Of a DNA stretch of 64,000 nucleotides, positions 44,374 through 53,641 are shown piece by piece. The notes beneath the pieces were generated by a model. It did no database searches, had not been told where the DNA came from, and saw only the letters and a program-made list of their open reading frames with translations. Origin of the DNA: a virus; the IMG/VR virus record IMGVR_UViG_3300009788_000006, positions 1-64,000 of that record; one strand, 5' to 3'. Within the stretch, counting starts at the first letter, position 1; every line of letters begins with the position of its first letter. The position numbers were made by a program, and so were the translations under genes.

Positions 44374-44576
44374 GTTCCGTCACTCCTGCCGGTCCAGTTC
44401 GCGCACGGCTCTAGGCGATCTTCACGGATGCGGACCCAACCCTCGGAGCAGGTGTCCGGGTAGCTGAACAGCCGGCGCTCGCAGTCCTCACAGGTGCCGC
44501 CGACCCCGGGCTCGAAACGGGCAAACGCCTTGCCCTTGGCGATGAAGTATGCAGCGAGGTCACCCGTTGGCATCTT
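44370..44576 (-). CDS. small Cys-containing protein
   Basis: AAGGAG RBS; CEDC...C...CANW. Confidence 0.55.
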   Translation of the reverse strand, partial: KMPTGDLAAYFIAKGKAFARFEPGVGGTCEDCERRLFSYPDTCSEGWVRIREDRLEPCANWTGRSDGT

Positions 44577-44808
44577 CACTCCTTCGCTCAAGCAAATTCT
44601 CATCGGTCAGGCGGCCGGTCTTGGCATAGTGTCTTTGTGCCTCACTGACATCGCCGTGACGGGGACACACTCCCTTTTCGAGACGGAACCAGCAGCGTCC
44701 GACCGAAACGCCGTCGGCAGTTCTCAAAAGAATAGCGCAGTTTCCTGGAGCTATCGCGGAATCTTTTCCAACGCCGCGGCCGCCAGCAAGCTTTTTGCTC
44801 ATGATCAC
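44560..44808 (-). CDS. hypothetical protein
   Basis: C...TADG..VGRCWF...CPRHG. Confidence 0.6.
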   Translation of the reverse strand: MIMSKKLAGGRGVGKDSAIAPGNCAILLRTADGVSVGRCWFRLEKGVCPRHGDVSEAQRHYAKTGRLTDENLLERRSEDANG

Positions 44809-45020
44809 AGCCCCCGCTCTCGCCGAAGATCAGCAATCCGCTTCTCGGCCCGCTCGCGGAGTTCTAGGACAAGCACGGTCTGTCGCAGGTCGCTAAGGTC
44901 CCTCAGGATTGTCGAGGCGACCTCAAGGCCGATCTCGACGCCTTCGTCCACGTAGGGCCGCATCGCGTCCCGGATTGCGGTGTCGATCTTGTCGTCCGCT
45001 GGGGTGGTCATGGACATATG
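44805..45020 (-). CDS. hypothetical protein
   Basis: GGAG RBS; helical. Confidence 0.5.
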   Translation of the reverse strand, partial: HMSMTTPADDKIDTAIRDAMRPYVDEGVEIGLEVASTILRDLSDLRQTVLVLELRERAEKRIADLRRERGL

Positions 45021-45147
45021 CACTCCACCAGGACGGTACGATGGCACGCGGGGCACCGGCGCTCACGAGCCCAGTCGGGCGAGGGTAGGCCGGCGGCCCG
45101 GTAGCGAGCCACTGCGGCCTTCAGGTGCTCGAGCAGCTCAGCCGGGG

Positions 45148-46173
45148 TCATCGCTTTCCGGCTTTCATCTTGCCAACCTCAGCCAACAGCTTGCCGCGGG
45201 TCATGCTGTGTGCCTCCCAGGTGTCCGGCGGACCCATGCGCTCGACGAACGCTGGCCAGTCGACGCCGGCGCCAGTGCAAGCGGCGCGGATCTCCTTCTC
45301 TAGATCAACCTCTGTCGCGGCTGCTGGCTCAACTTCCGCCGGGGGCTCGGCGGCCTTCGCCAGAATCTTGATAGCTGCGTCAAACTTCGCGGGGTCCAAG
45401 TCGCCGAGCCCCTTGCCGCTCTTCAGCAGATCCTCAGCCACAAGAATCTCGACGGCGTCAGAAGCAGCCAGCTTCGGCGCGTTCTGCGCCAGCCACGCGG
45501 CGATGGACGGAGCACCATTCACCGCGACCACCTCCACGTCGATGACGGTATCCACCTCCCCTTCGGGCAGTGATGACCCGGTTAGGTGCGTCATGATCGC
45601 GTGATACATCTTCCGCTCGGCCTTCCCGAGAATCGCATCGGAGCCCTGGTATTTATTCACCTTAACGGCAAACGTCCTCTTGATGTGGTCAGCGCGGCCG
45701 CTGATCTGCCATTCTGCCTGGTAGTCCACCAGCGCCCCGCCGTCCTTCATTCGGGGCACCGACGGCTGCATGCGCAGGCCGGACAGACCGGGATGCTCGG
45801 CAACCTTGCGGCGCAGGCCATTCTTGGCGCCGTAAAAGTTCCCGGCGATAATGTTGAACTCGTTGTTCGTGACGCGAAAACCGTTCAAGGCGGCGGTGAT
45901 CACCACTCGGCGGACCGCGGTGAGCGGATAGCCACCGTCCTTGTCCTTGTCAGTCCGAAAGCCGAGAATCGACCCCTGGAGCGGCATCACCAGCTCTTTC
46001 ATCGTCTCGTCGTCCAGGGCCTCTTCAAGGGCCTTGATCCCGCGAGCACACCGGAGCATACCGGAAAACGGTCCGCCATCCTCCACCGTCGCTAGCTGGT
46101 TGTCCGTGGCGATCTGGTCCAGCTGTGCCGCCCGGTCATCGAGTTTCGCAAGAGCCGTGGTCGTCATATCCAT
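45148..46173 (-). CDS. putative single-strand annealing/recombination protein
   Basis: directly downstream of RecE-like exonuclease; conserved-looking LGFRTDKD..GY, NNEFNIIAG, DAILGKAERK; family not identified. Confidence 0.55.
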   Translation of the reverse strand: MDMTTTALAKLDDRAAQLDQIATDNQLATVEDGGPFSGMLRCARGIKALEEALDDETMKELVMPLQGSILGFRTDKDKDGGYPLTAVRRVVITAALNGFRVTNNEFNIIAGNFYGAKNGLRRKVAEHPGLSGLRMQPSVPRMKDGGALVDYQAEWQISGRADHIKRTFAVKVNKYQGSDAILGKAERKMYHAIMTHLTGSSLPEGEVDTVIDVEVVAVNGAPSIAAWLAQNAPKLAASDAVEILVAEDLLKSGKGLGDLDPAKFDAAIKILAKAAEPPAEVEPAAATEVDLEKEIRAACTGAGVDWPAFVERMGPPDTWEAHSMTRGKLLAEVGKMKAGKR

Positions 46174-47045
46174 ATCCTTTCTTCATGTTTCCGCCGCCAC
46201 CACGCCGGGAGGCTAGCGGACTGTGATTCATCAGCAGCGCGGCGCCACCATTTATCGTTCTCATAGCACCAAGACAGCTCGGCCAAATCCCTGCCAACTT
46301 GTCGCCGGGCGATGGCGATATCCTCGGCGTCGATCTCGAAGCATCCCCACTCGTAGGGCGGCTCCTTCGACGCAACGAGGTGGAAGATCTTCTCGGCTGG
46401 CAACCCGGTAGCGGACTCGAAGCCGAGATCATAGAGGCCAAGCTGATAGATGCCGCCGAAGCGTGCCAGCCCGTCGCCGTAGCGTTCGGCTGGCGGAATC
46501 GGCCGACCGTAGCTCTTGATGTCGGCGAACCAGGCATCGCCGCGAAGGTCATGCTTCGACCGGCATTCTAGCCCGCTCTCGTGCCGCCAGAACACCTCGG
46601 CCTCTCGTGCCGTAGCGGTCCGGATGAGGTCGGCGGCTTGTTCCTCCATCGGCGTTCGAGGTGTGAGGAGGGACAGGTACAGATTCAGGGCCAGGGCGCG
46701 CTCATGGGCAAGGATCACCCCGCCGGGTCCGTGCTCTGCTACAGCGGCGTCCCAGGTGGCGCCTTGTCGGCGGCCGAGCGGCTTGCCGCGGTATTCTACC
46801 GTGGTCAGCCGGGACCGGCCGATAGGACTCTCGCCGGGTTGGCCATCGAGCCCCCACCCTTCGACCATTTCATGCAGCGCGATCCCGATGGCCAGATTCG
46901 CGTCCGCTTCTCGTGGCGGCAGATCGCGGGTCACGTACCGGCCGCGGTAGATCAAAGGTCCATCATCACGGAAGCACGCGAGCGCTGTTGACCCGATCGC
47001 GGCCGATGAATAGTAGCCGCCTTGGCTGCTCCCGGTGGTCGCCAT
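46164..47045 (-). CDS. PD-(D/E)XK exonuclease (RecE/DUF3799-like)
   Basis: AIGSTAL, IGIALH, EAEVFW...CRSKHD...ADIKS, YQLGLY, SKEPPYE. Confidence 0.85.
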   Translation of the reverse strand: MATTGSSQGGYYSSAAIGSTALACFRDDGPLIYRGRYVTRDLPPREADANLAIGIALHEMVEGWGLDGQPGESPIGRSRLTTVEYRGKPLGRRQGATWDAAVAEHGPGGVILAHERALALNLYLSLLTPRTPMEEQAADLIRTATAREAEVFWRHESGLECRSKHDLRGDAWFADIKSYGRPIPPAERYGDGLARFGGIYQLGLYDLGFESATGLPAEKIFHLVASKEPPYEWGCFEIDAEDIAIARRQVGRDLAELSWCYENDKWWRRAADESQSASLPAWWRRKHEERIWI

Positions 47046-47410
47046 CAGGCGGCATCCTTCGCGCACGGCGGGCAGATCAGCACGCCGTCCACGTCGACGC
47101 GTTCCTCGGCATGGCGGCCGCACGCCGGGCACAGTAGCTCCAGCGCTCGCGCAGCCTCGGCCTGGTGGAAGAAGACCGCAACGTGTTCGCCACGTGATAT
47201 GGCCAGGGCTTGCATGTCCGCCATCTGCCAGCGGAACGGGAAGCAATCGGCAGCCCCTACAAGCCAAGCCCTGGCGAGATTCGAGAATCTGGCCGCCGAC
47301 ATTCCGATCTTGGCGGCGTATGCCACGTCGGTGACGCACCCGCTACGCTCTCGACTCGCACGGAGCAGGGCCGACAGCTCGGCGCTGGTCTTGTCTGCCC
47401 ATGTCATCAT
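47045..47410 (-). CDS. HTH plus zinc-ribbon protein
   Basis: YAAKIGMSAARFSNL; CPAC...CPPC. Confidence 0.6.
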   Translation of the reverse strand: MMTWADKTSAELSALLRASRERSGCVTDVAYAAKIGMSAARFSNLARAWLVGAADCFPFRWQMADMQALAISRGEHVAVFFHQAEAARALELLCPACGRHAEERVDVDGVLICPPCAKDAA

Positions 47411-47754
47411 CAGTAGTCTCCAAACATGGCTTTGAATACCTTATGGCGCCCATAACTCTCTTTGAGAGAATCCGCCATCTGGGTGACCATAGCCTCCGAA
47501 AGCATCTCGGAAATCGTGCCCGCGCACTTGACCGCCGACGACACTAGGGAATCCTTGTTGGAACTCAGGGCCTCCTCGATCTCTGGGACCAGGTTTTCCG
47601 CGCACCACTCGGTAACAGTAGTTCGCACCTGGTCTGCAACGTCGCTTCTGAGCCCTTCAAGCATCGACTGCCGTAGCTCCGCTTTGAGGCTTTCCACGAT
47701 TGACGGAGTGGCCTCGGCCAGCATTGTCGTGACTTGATCTTCGGTTAGTTTCAT
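47410..47754 (-). CDS. hypothetical helical protein
   Basis: coupled ORF. Confidence 0.65.
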   Translation of the reverse strand: MKLTEDQVTTMLAEATPSIVESLKAELRQSMLEGLRSDVADQVRTTVTEWCAENLVPEIEEALSSNKDSLVSSAVKCAGTISEMLSEAMVTQMADSLKESYGRHKVFKAMFGDY

Positions 47755-48119
47755 GAGCCCGTCTCGAGAATCTCGTCGGTTTCGTCCTCGATAAAACCGA
47801 ACGGGTTATGTCCTGAGATCGTGAAGGAATCGAATGGTGTCCATTTGTCTCTGATGTTGCGACCAGCGCTTTCGATGGCCACAACGACGACCGGGTCAGC
47901 CGAGACCTCCTTGCAGTTCTCAGCGGAAAGCTCAAGGGAGATATCGGAGTGCTTCCCGGAGATCTCACCGAACCAGATGGTCCACCCATAGAGTCTTTCA
48001 ATGTCTTCGACATGGGCCGTGAACAGAGCTTCGACGCCGAAACCCCTCCCGGAGTCTTCGTCGATGCGGTACAGACGCCGCGGGGTGTCGTGCTGGTTCT
48101 CAGCTTCCTTGCTGCTCAT
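47751..48119 (-). CDS. hypothetical phage protein
   Basis: AAGGA RBS; GR...EALF.A, FGEISGKHSDI, SGHNPF motifs. Confidence 0.7.
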   Translation of the reverse strand: MSSKEAENQHDTPRRLYRIDEDSGRGFGVEALFTAHVEDIERLYGWTIWFGEISGKHSDISLELSAENCKEVSADPVVVVAIESAGRNIRDKWTPFDSFTISGHNPFGFIEDETDEILETGS

Positions 48120-48161
48120 CTGTGCTATCCTTTCCCCGGCAAGTTTAGCGCCGGAAGTTGA

Positions 48162-48190
48162 ATCTTACACGACCCGCTTGCCTTTGTCAA
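48162..48190 (-). promoter_or_regulatory. sigma70-type promoter for recombination operon
   Basis: TTGACA-17-TAAGAT. Confidence 0.8.
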
Positions 48191-48198
48191 ATGCTATC

Positions 48199-48630
48199 AT
48201 GAAACCCTCGTCGCTCATCCGCAAAACCGGCCTCAAAGCCCGCAAGCCGTGGCGCCCCAAGCGCAAGCCGGTCCGGCGCCGCAACCCCGAGCGCGCGGCA
48301 GCTGCCCTACTGAGTGACTACGGCCCGCCAGAGCGTCGCGAGTGGTTCACCTCGCAACCGTGCGCGTTCTGTCAACGTGAGGACGACACCATCGTCCAGG
48401 CCCACGTCCGCGGCAAAGGACGGCCGGGCTGTGAGCGGGAAATCGTACCGGCGTGCTTCCGGTGTCACCTGCTGATGCATGAGGGGATCGAGAGCTTCGC
48501 CGCGGGGCAGGAGGTGACGGTGGAGGGGTTGCTGGAGCTCTCCGAGCGCTATGCGCGGGACTGGGGCGTCAACCCAGAAGGCGAGAACGTCCACCGCAAC
48601 CCACCCCAAGCGTCATCGACACGAAGATGA
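48199..48630 (+). CDS. HNH-like/DUF968-type protein
   Basis: PCAFC...AHV...VPACFRCH..MH. Confidence 0.65.
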   Translation: MKPSSLIRKTGLKARKPWRPKRKPVRRRNPERAAAALLSDYGPPERREWFTSQPCAFCQREDDTIVQAHVRGKGRPGCEREIVPACFRCHLLMHEGIESFAAGQEVTVEGLLELSERYARDWGVNPEGENVHRNPPQASSTRR

Positions 48631-48755
48631 AGACCACGACCAGCCAGGCTACTATTTCTATACAGCTCATCCGGTATCTCCTTTTCCTTCTTTCTCGCAA
48701 GCGTCCAGAAACTCGCCGAGGGCTATGCGGTGGGGTGGGACGTCTTAGCTGTCGA

Positions 48756-49466
48756 TCAGTAGGCTATGCCTTCGTTCTGTGTTTCGTTGACCTGCTCCCA
48801 GAATACCTTCTTCTCCTCTTTGTAGCTCCATGAGGGATGTACCGTCATGGCCCAGGCGCCCTTGGACCCTGGGTGGATATCAGAAGGAACGTCCTCGATC
48901 TTACTCTGCCGGATCGCCGCCAACATGCAAGCAGGGCAGCCTTCGCAAAAGTTCCGCAGCTGATCGAGCTCTGCCTGGGTTCCCTTGCTAAGCACCTTGA
49001 CCGCGTCGACCACTGGACCGCCGTGACCAGTGCCGGATACTCCGCACATCCCGCACTTGCGGTTCGGGTTGGCGGTGCAATGCTCCTGGTGGCGGGACAT
49101 CGAAGCGGCCGAGCAATTCGACTTTCGGCAGAATCCGCAATGGTAGCGCCAAACACGCTCGCGGCGCACGGGCACGGCCGCCACCTTCCCGTCAGAGGGT
49201 AGTACTTTCAGTTCGCGATCGAGCGCTGCACGAAGCCGGCGCCGAGCGAGGTAGAGCAGAGGGCGGACTGTCTGCCGCTCCGCGAGCGGTAGCCGGCACA
49301 GATCGCACGGGCCATCATCGTACTGATCTATCTCGAGGCGCGCCGCCTCGCGGCATGGCATATCGTCCTCGGACTCGTTGCGGCAGCCCGCCGGTCGCAT
49401 CGCGTAGCGGACGCGCTCCAGCGTCCGCACGGTCAGCGCTAGAGAAAGAATTGATTCGGCGTTCAT
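48756..49466 (-). CDS. Cys-rich phage protein
   Basis: YHCGFCRK...HQEHCTANPNRKCGMC...CPACMLAAIRQ. Confidence 0.7.
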   Translation of the reverse strand: MNAESILSLALTVRTLERVRYAMRPAGCRNESEDDMPCREAARLEIDQYDDGPCDLCRLPLAERQTVRPLLYLARRRLRAALDRELKVLPSDGKVAAVPVRRERVWRYHCGFCRKSNCSAASMSRHQEHCTANPNRKCGMCGVSGTGHGGPVVDAVKVLSKGTQAELDQLRNFCEGCPACMLAAIRQSKIEDVPSDIHPGSKGAWAMTVHPSWSYKEEKKVFWEQVNETQNEGIAY

Positions 49467-49726
49467 GGCCCGACGCTTCCTTGATCTCGCGCTCGGGCGT
49501 CGGCCGCCAGCTGCAAAGCGATCTGGGCGTACCCGTTAATTTTGACCAGGTCGACCAAGCCGCCGACACCGTCGAGATTCTCAGGCCACTGGTCGGCATA
49601 GAACGCGGCAACGATGTGTAGCAGGTCGGCGATCGTGACAGGTCGCTCCGCCTGGATATCGAGTTCTCCCGACCAGTCGGAATTGTGGTGAACTCGCAAG
49701 TCGTCATCGATAGTCAGCGTATGCAT
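49463..49726 (-). CDS. hypothetical protein
   Basis: AAGGA RBS; HHNSDWSG motif. Confidence 0.6.
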   Translation of the reverse strand: MHTLTIDDDLRVHHNSDWSGELDIQAERPVTIADLLHIVAAFYADQWPENLDGVGGLVDLVKINGYAQIALQLAADARARDQGSVGP

Positions 49727-50008
49727 TATTTTCTATCCTTGTCTGGATCGTAGGGGAATCGGTCATCTGGAATAAGATGCGCCCACGCTCCGCCGCTGTT
49801 GCCAGCGGTCCAGGTGCAACCGTGCGTAGAACAGCGAAAAGTGGGTCGCGGCGGGGTCTTTGATATAGTCGTCCCCGACGTACTCTGCTCCCGAGCTCTG
49901 ATGTCGGCTACAAGTGTTCAGCTTCATTGGAACCCACTCCTGGGAGCAAGATCGAGATGCCAAGGCAAAGGATGATGAATCCTGCGAATTGAGACCTGTA
50001 GCGCTTCG

Positions 50009-50428
50009 TCATGGCCGCGCCCCTGCCTCGTAGAGAAACGCCGCCGTCTCAGCATAGGCAGCGTCGAAGTGATGGAGCGCCCACAGCTCGAAGCAGCGCG
50101 GGAGCGCCTTCCCGTCTTCCGGGTCGCGGCCGTTGCTGGCGACCCACTCGGCCTTGATTGCAGAGATCCAGGCGAGCCATTCTTCGGTTCCCATCTCGCT
50201 ACACATGCCGAGAAACTCATCAGGGACGCCGTCTAGCGGTGGGCCGGCGTTGCCCATCTGCCCGGCCGCCATGTCCCGGAGCCGATCGGCCAGCCGCAGT
50301 CCGGCGCCAATGGCCGCGAGCTCGGCGGTCGAGCCGTGCAGGCGATCGACCTCGATGCTGAGCTTCTGGTTTGTTTCCTCGGCCGCGGCGATGCGGTCGG
50401 CGAGTGATGCTTTGCTGGTGTTGCTCAT
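50009..50428 (-). CDS. hypothetical protein
   Basis: AGGAG RBS. Confidence 0.6.
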   Translation of the reverse strand: MSNTSKASLADRIAAAEETNQKLSIEVDRLHGSTAELAAIGAGLRLADRLRDMAAGQMGNAGPPLDGVPDEFLGMCSEMGTEEWLAWISAIKAEWVASNGRDPEDGKALPRCFELWALHHFDAAYAETAAFLYEAGARP

Positions 50429-50631
50429 GATTCCTCTCCTGTGTCGTTGAACTTGACGCGCACTTCGATAGCTGTCGACGAGGTGTCGGTGTATTCTCCG
50501 CGCAGAGCAACCAGCAGCGGCAAAGCCCGATTGACGACCGTTGCCGGGGATTCATCCTCGCCGTGGCACCTGACGACAATCCGCGCGGTACCGTTGCGAA
50601 ACAGGTCTACGGACAGACGCGGGTGCTTCAC
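50425..50631 (-). CDS. hypothetical protein
   Basis: GTGA coupling. Confidence 0.45.
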   Translation of the reverse strand: MKHPRLSVDLFRNGTARIVVRCHGEDESPATVVNRALPLLVALRGEYTDTSSTAIEVRVKFNDTGEES

Positions 50632-50786
50632 GTCACCCCGCCCCAAATCTTGTAGACAACGAACAGGGCGGCGAAAACCATCACGACCACGGTCGGACAG
50701 CCGATCTTGACGAATGCCCACATCATGCGCTGCTGATCGCGCACAATCTTCTGAGTTTCCTCGAACTGTCTATCGAAGCCGTCCAT
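50628..50786 (-). CDS. small TM protein
   Basis: AAGGAGG RBS before MDGFDRQF; C-terminal TM. Confidence 0.6.
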   Translation of the reverse strand: MDGFDRQFEETQKIVRDQQRMMWAFVKIGCPTVVVMVFAALFVVYKIWGGVT

Positions 50787-50815
50787 CGGCTGGCCTCCTT
50801 CTTTGGGATTCGGCG

Positions 50816-51403
50816 TTACTCGGCAGGAGAGATTCCGTAGTGCTCCGGCGTACGTTTTTCGGCTATGTCTTCTTGTGTGGCTTTGCTCAGTGCGGCCCGC
50901 ACGTCGCGCACTAGATAGCACTTTCCTGCTATCTGGAGCTGTCGCGCGCCATGCTCCACGTTGAGATGTGAACTCTCGTAGCCTTTGAAGACACCGCGCA
51001 ACGGGACGGCGTCTTTCCAGCCATCGCCGATGTAGACCAGCTCGAATTCCTCTTCCATGACGGCGGCGAGCCCTAGCGTGATGTCGACGTAGTCGCTGCC
51101 AGCCTCTCCGAGCTGTCTATAGATGCCAGGAGCGTCCTCGCCTGGGACATCTTCCGTCTCGGCATAGTCGCCGATGATGGCGATCCTGTCGCCACTCCAC
51201 CGCCCGACGAACCGCGCGGGATTGCCGCGTCCTTCCATATAGTCACCGCCCCCTCGGCCCGAAGATGCCGAGAGCAACAGATGGAGCGCGCTCGCGACGC
51301 TCCCTTCGCCGTGTTGTTCGAGCAGCTTCGCGCCACATCCGAGGAGGTAGTTGTCGAGGTACTCTTTCTTGTCCAGGTTGACTGCTTTGTGGTACTGGCC
51401 CAT
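50816..51403 (-). CDS. conserved phage protein (MGQY...GxKLLE...GRWxGD family)
   Basis: MGQYHKAVNLDKKEYL, GAKLLE, GRWSGDRIAIIGDY. Confidence 0.75.
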   Translation of the reverse strand: MGQYHKAVNLDKKEYLDNYLLGCGAKLLEQHGEGSVASALHLLLSASSGRGGGDYMEGRGNPARFVGRWSGDRIAIIGDYAETEDVPGEDAPGIYRQLGEAGSDYVDITLGLAAVMEEEFELVYIGDGWKDAVPLRGVFKGYESSHLNVEHGARQLQIAGKCYLVRDVRAALSKATQEDIAEKRTPEHYGISPAE

Positions 51404-51458
51404 GATCCTCTTCCTTTCACGGTGTTCCGGCCGGCGCCCATCGCCAGCCGATGGGAAA

Positions 51459-51527
51459 AGCATAAACCAAATCGGGGGCGAAGTCAAGAAGAAAGTTGTT
51501 GACAATTTCTTCGCTACACGGTACAGT
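51459..51527. promoter_or_regulatory. back-to-back divergent sigma70-type promoters
   Basis: minus TTGACT-17-TATGCT (51487-51459); plus TTGACA-17-TACAGT (51499-51527). Confidence 0.8.
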
Positions 51528-51534
51528 CTTACCC

Positions 51535-51825
51535 ATGAACGGGAAAACAATCACCTTACAAGAGCTCCGCGCTCTGGCATTGGAGCGGGATTACGTCCTC
51601 AAGTCGCTGCCGCCGACGGTGCTCGCGACACGCGACGCGGTCCTCGCCGGAGCATGCACAGCCTCAAAGCTGGCGGCGAGCGCCGGCATCCTTCGCAGTA
51701 CCGCGTCGGAGCGGCTGCGGGCGGCAAAGCGCCTCGGAGTGCTCGACGCCGTCAAGCCACCGGGGCACGAAGAGATGATCTACATGGAGCCGCGGCAGAC
51801 ACCAGAAAGGGACGAAAAATGCTAA
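51535..51825 (+). CDS. winged-HTH protein, leaderless
   Basis: TASKLAASAGILRSTASERLRAAKRLGVL; ATG 7 nt after -10. Confidence 0.7.
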   Translation: MNGKTITLQELRALALERDYVLKSLPPTVLATRDAVLAGACTASKLAASAGILRSTASERLRAAKRLGVLDAVKPPGHEEMIYMEPRQTPERDEKC

Positions 51826-52088
51826 GGCCGAGACCATGGAAGCACAGAATCGACGTCGCTGACGCCTGGAAGACGCAAAAATTCAAGGCTGTGGCGACGT
51901 CCGCTAAGCAGCAACTGGGGCGACTTCAGAGCCAACACTTCAACGACGATTCGACGCTCGCCGAGCTCATCGACGAGCTCGAAGCCATCGCCCACTGCTG
52001 GGACTCCACCGTCGACGATTTCGACGACGTCTGGGGTCAGCTCTACGACTGGGCTGACCGCGAGCGGGTATGGCTGGGGACGGTATGA
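51819..52088 (+). CDS. hypothetical phage protein
   Basis: FDDVWGQLYDWADRERVW motif. Confidence 0.7.
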   Translation: MLRPRPWKHRIDVADAWKTQKFKAVATSAKQQLGRLQSQHFNDDSTLAELIDELEAIAHCWDSTVDDFDDVWGQLYDWADRERVWLGTV

Positions 52089-52540
52089 TGGACACCCCCT
52101 ACGCCGAGGATCTCAACTACTGGAAGACCAGCCGTTCCGACGCGGACACCTGGCTCGAGAAAGCCGAGCGCGTCGTGGAAGGCTACGGCGCTACGGTCAC
52201 CCACCGCGCCATGTTCCGCGAACACGGCCGGGAGGCCATGTTGCTCCAGTTCGAGATTGACGGCGAAGCGTTCCGTTTGGCTTGGCCGGTGCTCGAATCG
52301 AAGACCGGCGACGAACGATCAGCACGTCGGCAAGCGGCCACGATGCTCTATCACGATGCGAAGGCGCGCGGGTTGCTCTTGGCCGTCTTCGGGGCGCGTT
52401 TTGCGTTCCTGGCTGAGAAGATGCTCGCCGATGGTCGGACCGTGGCGCAGTTGGCGGACGTCGAGCTGGACGATCAACTACCAGCGCTGATGACGACGGG
52501 CGATGGTCCGCGGCTTTTGGCGACGATCGGAGGGGAGTGA
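52085..52540 (+). CDS. conserved phage protein
   Basis: YAEDLNYWKTS, QAATMLYHDAKA, DGRTV motifs. Confidence 0.7.
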   Translation: MMDTPYAEDLNYWKTSRSDADTWLEKAERVVEGYGATVTHRAMFREHGREAMLLQFEIDGEAFRLAWPVLESKTGDERSARRQAATMLYHDAKARGLLLAVFGARFAFLAEKMLADGRTVAQLADVELDDQLPALMTTGDGPRLLATIGGE

Positions 52541-52541
52541 A

Positions 52542-52970
52542 ATGGCGGGACCGCTCAACTCATTGCCGGATCTGTCGTCGGGCTGCTGGTATGACGACGA
52601 CAACGAACAGGACGGCGACCTTGCCGGCGGCGCTCAGGTAGCCGACGTTCGCGGACCTCTGCCGCGAGACCTCGACACCGGCTGGCAGACCTGCCTGGCG
52701 GCCCTCGGTGAGCGGGCGGCATTGGCCGAGCCCTTCACCGGGCTGCCGGCGCCGACGGACTCCGGACTCACAGAATCCGGGATCATCCTCGTGTGGGACG
52801 ACGGCGTCCGGTATTGCGAAGTCGAGTGCGTTGGTGGCGACGTCTACGAGTGGTTCTACCTGGATCGACCTACGGACGCCTACCATGGCTCTGAGGGCGC
52901 CGCTGATGAAGCTGTGCAAGGCGTCACCGAAATGCTGACCGCGGCCGGATTCATCGCGGAGAAACCATGA
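52542..52970 (+). CDS. hypothetical acidic protein
   Basis: GGAG RBS. Confidence 0.55.
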   Translation: MAGPLNSLPDLSSGCWYDDDNEQDGDLAGGAQVADVRGPLPRDLDTGWQTCLAALGERAALAEPFTGLPAPTDSGLTESGIILVWDDGVRYCEVECVGGDVYEWFYLDRPTDAYHGSEGAADEAVQGVTEMLTAAGFIAEKP

Positions 52971-53641
52971 ACGATCAGAACTGGCTGGCGTCCCACAGCC
53001 TCACCGCCCGCCTAATGAGCTTCGCCAAAACCGTGCGGCAATATGAGGACGGGTCGAAGACCGTCACCCGGCGCGGTGGCCCGGAACCGACGTGGCAAAT
53101 CCTGCGACCTGGCGATCTCGTCCGGGGTGTGGAGTGGTCGCCGCGAGTTGGGCGACGCTACGTGTGCGAAAAGTGCGGATCTTTGGGCGGAGCCAAGTTT
53201 CACCCGGGCTCAGTGGCGCTATGCGGAGGAGAGTGTCCAGATTCCGGCCAGGTTAGGTATCGCTTGCCTCGCCGGCTCGGTCTTGCGGTCATCCTCGACG
53301 TCCGTGAAGAGAGCCTAGGCGACATCACCGCCGAGGAGGTGGCGCGGGAGGGGTTCCCAGATCTGAGCCCATCCGGATTCATCCTTCTCTATACTGGTTT
53401 CAAGGTGACCTGCGCTTACTCATCAAAGCCGGGGCCGATTCAGCGAGCCCTCAACTGGCGCGTCAACCGGATCGAATTCGCGCGGATCATCGACCAGGAC
53501 GGCGAGCGAGTCGTCAGGATGCCGCGCTCTGACGGTCCCCTGCGGGTTACGTGGTCTTTCCGCGGCATGGTTGGAAGAATCGGCGCTCTCGACGCGGTCA
53601 GCATGGCGCGGCGGGGTGTATGGACAACGGAGGCAACATGA
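52967..53641 (+). CDS. ASCH/PUA-like domain protein with zinc-ribbon insertion
   Basis: MSF.KT..Q..DGSKTVTRR, LRPGD, VREESLGDITAEEVAREGFP; CEKC...C...C insert. Confidence 0.7.
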   Translation: MNDQNWLASHSLTARLMSFAKTVRQYEDGSKTVTRRGGPEPTWQILRPGDLVRGVEWSPRVGRRYVCEKCGSLGGAKFHPGSVALCGGECPDSGQVRYRLPRRLGLAVILDVREESLGDITAEEVAREGFPDLSPSGFILLYTGFKVTCAYSSKPGPIQRALNWRVNRIEFARIIDQDGERVVRMPRSDGPLRVTWSFRGMVGRIGALDAVSMARRGVWTTEAT

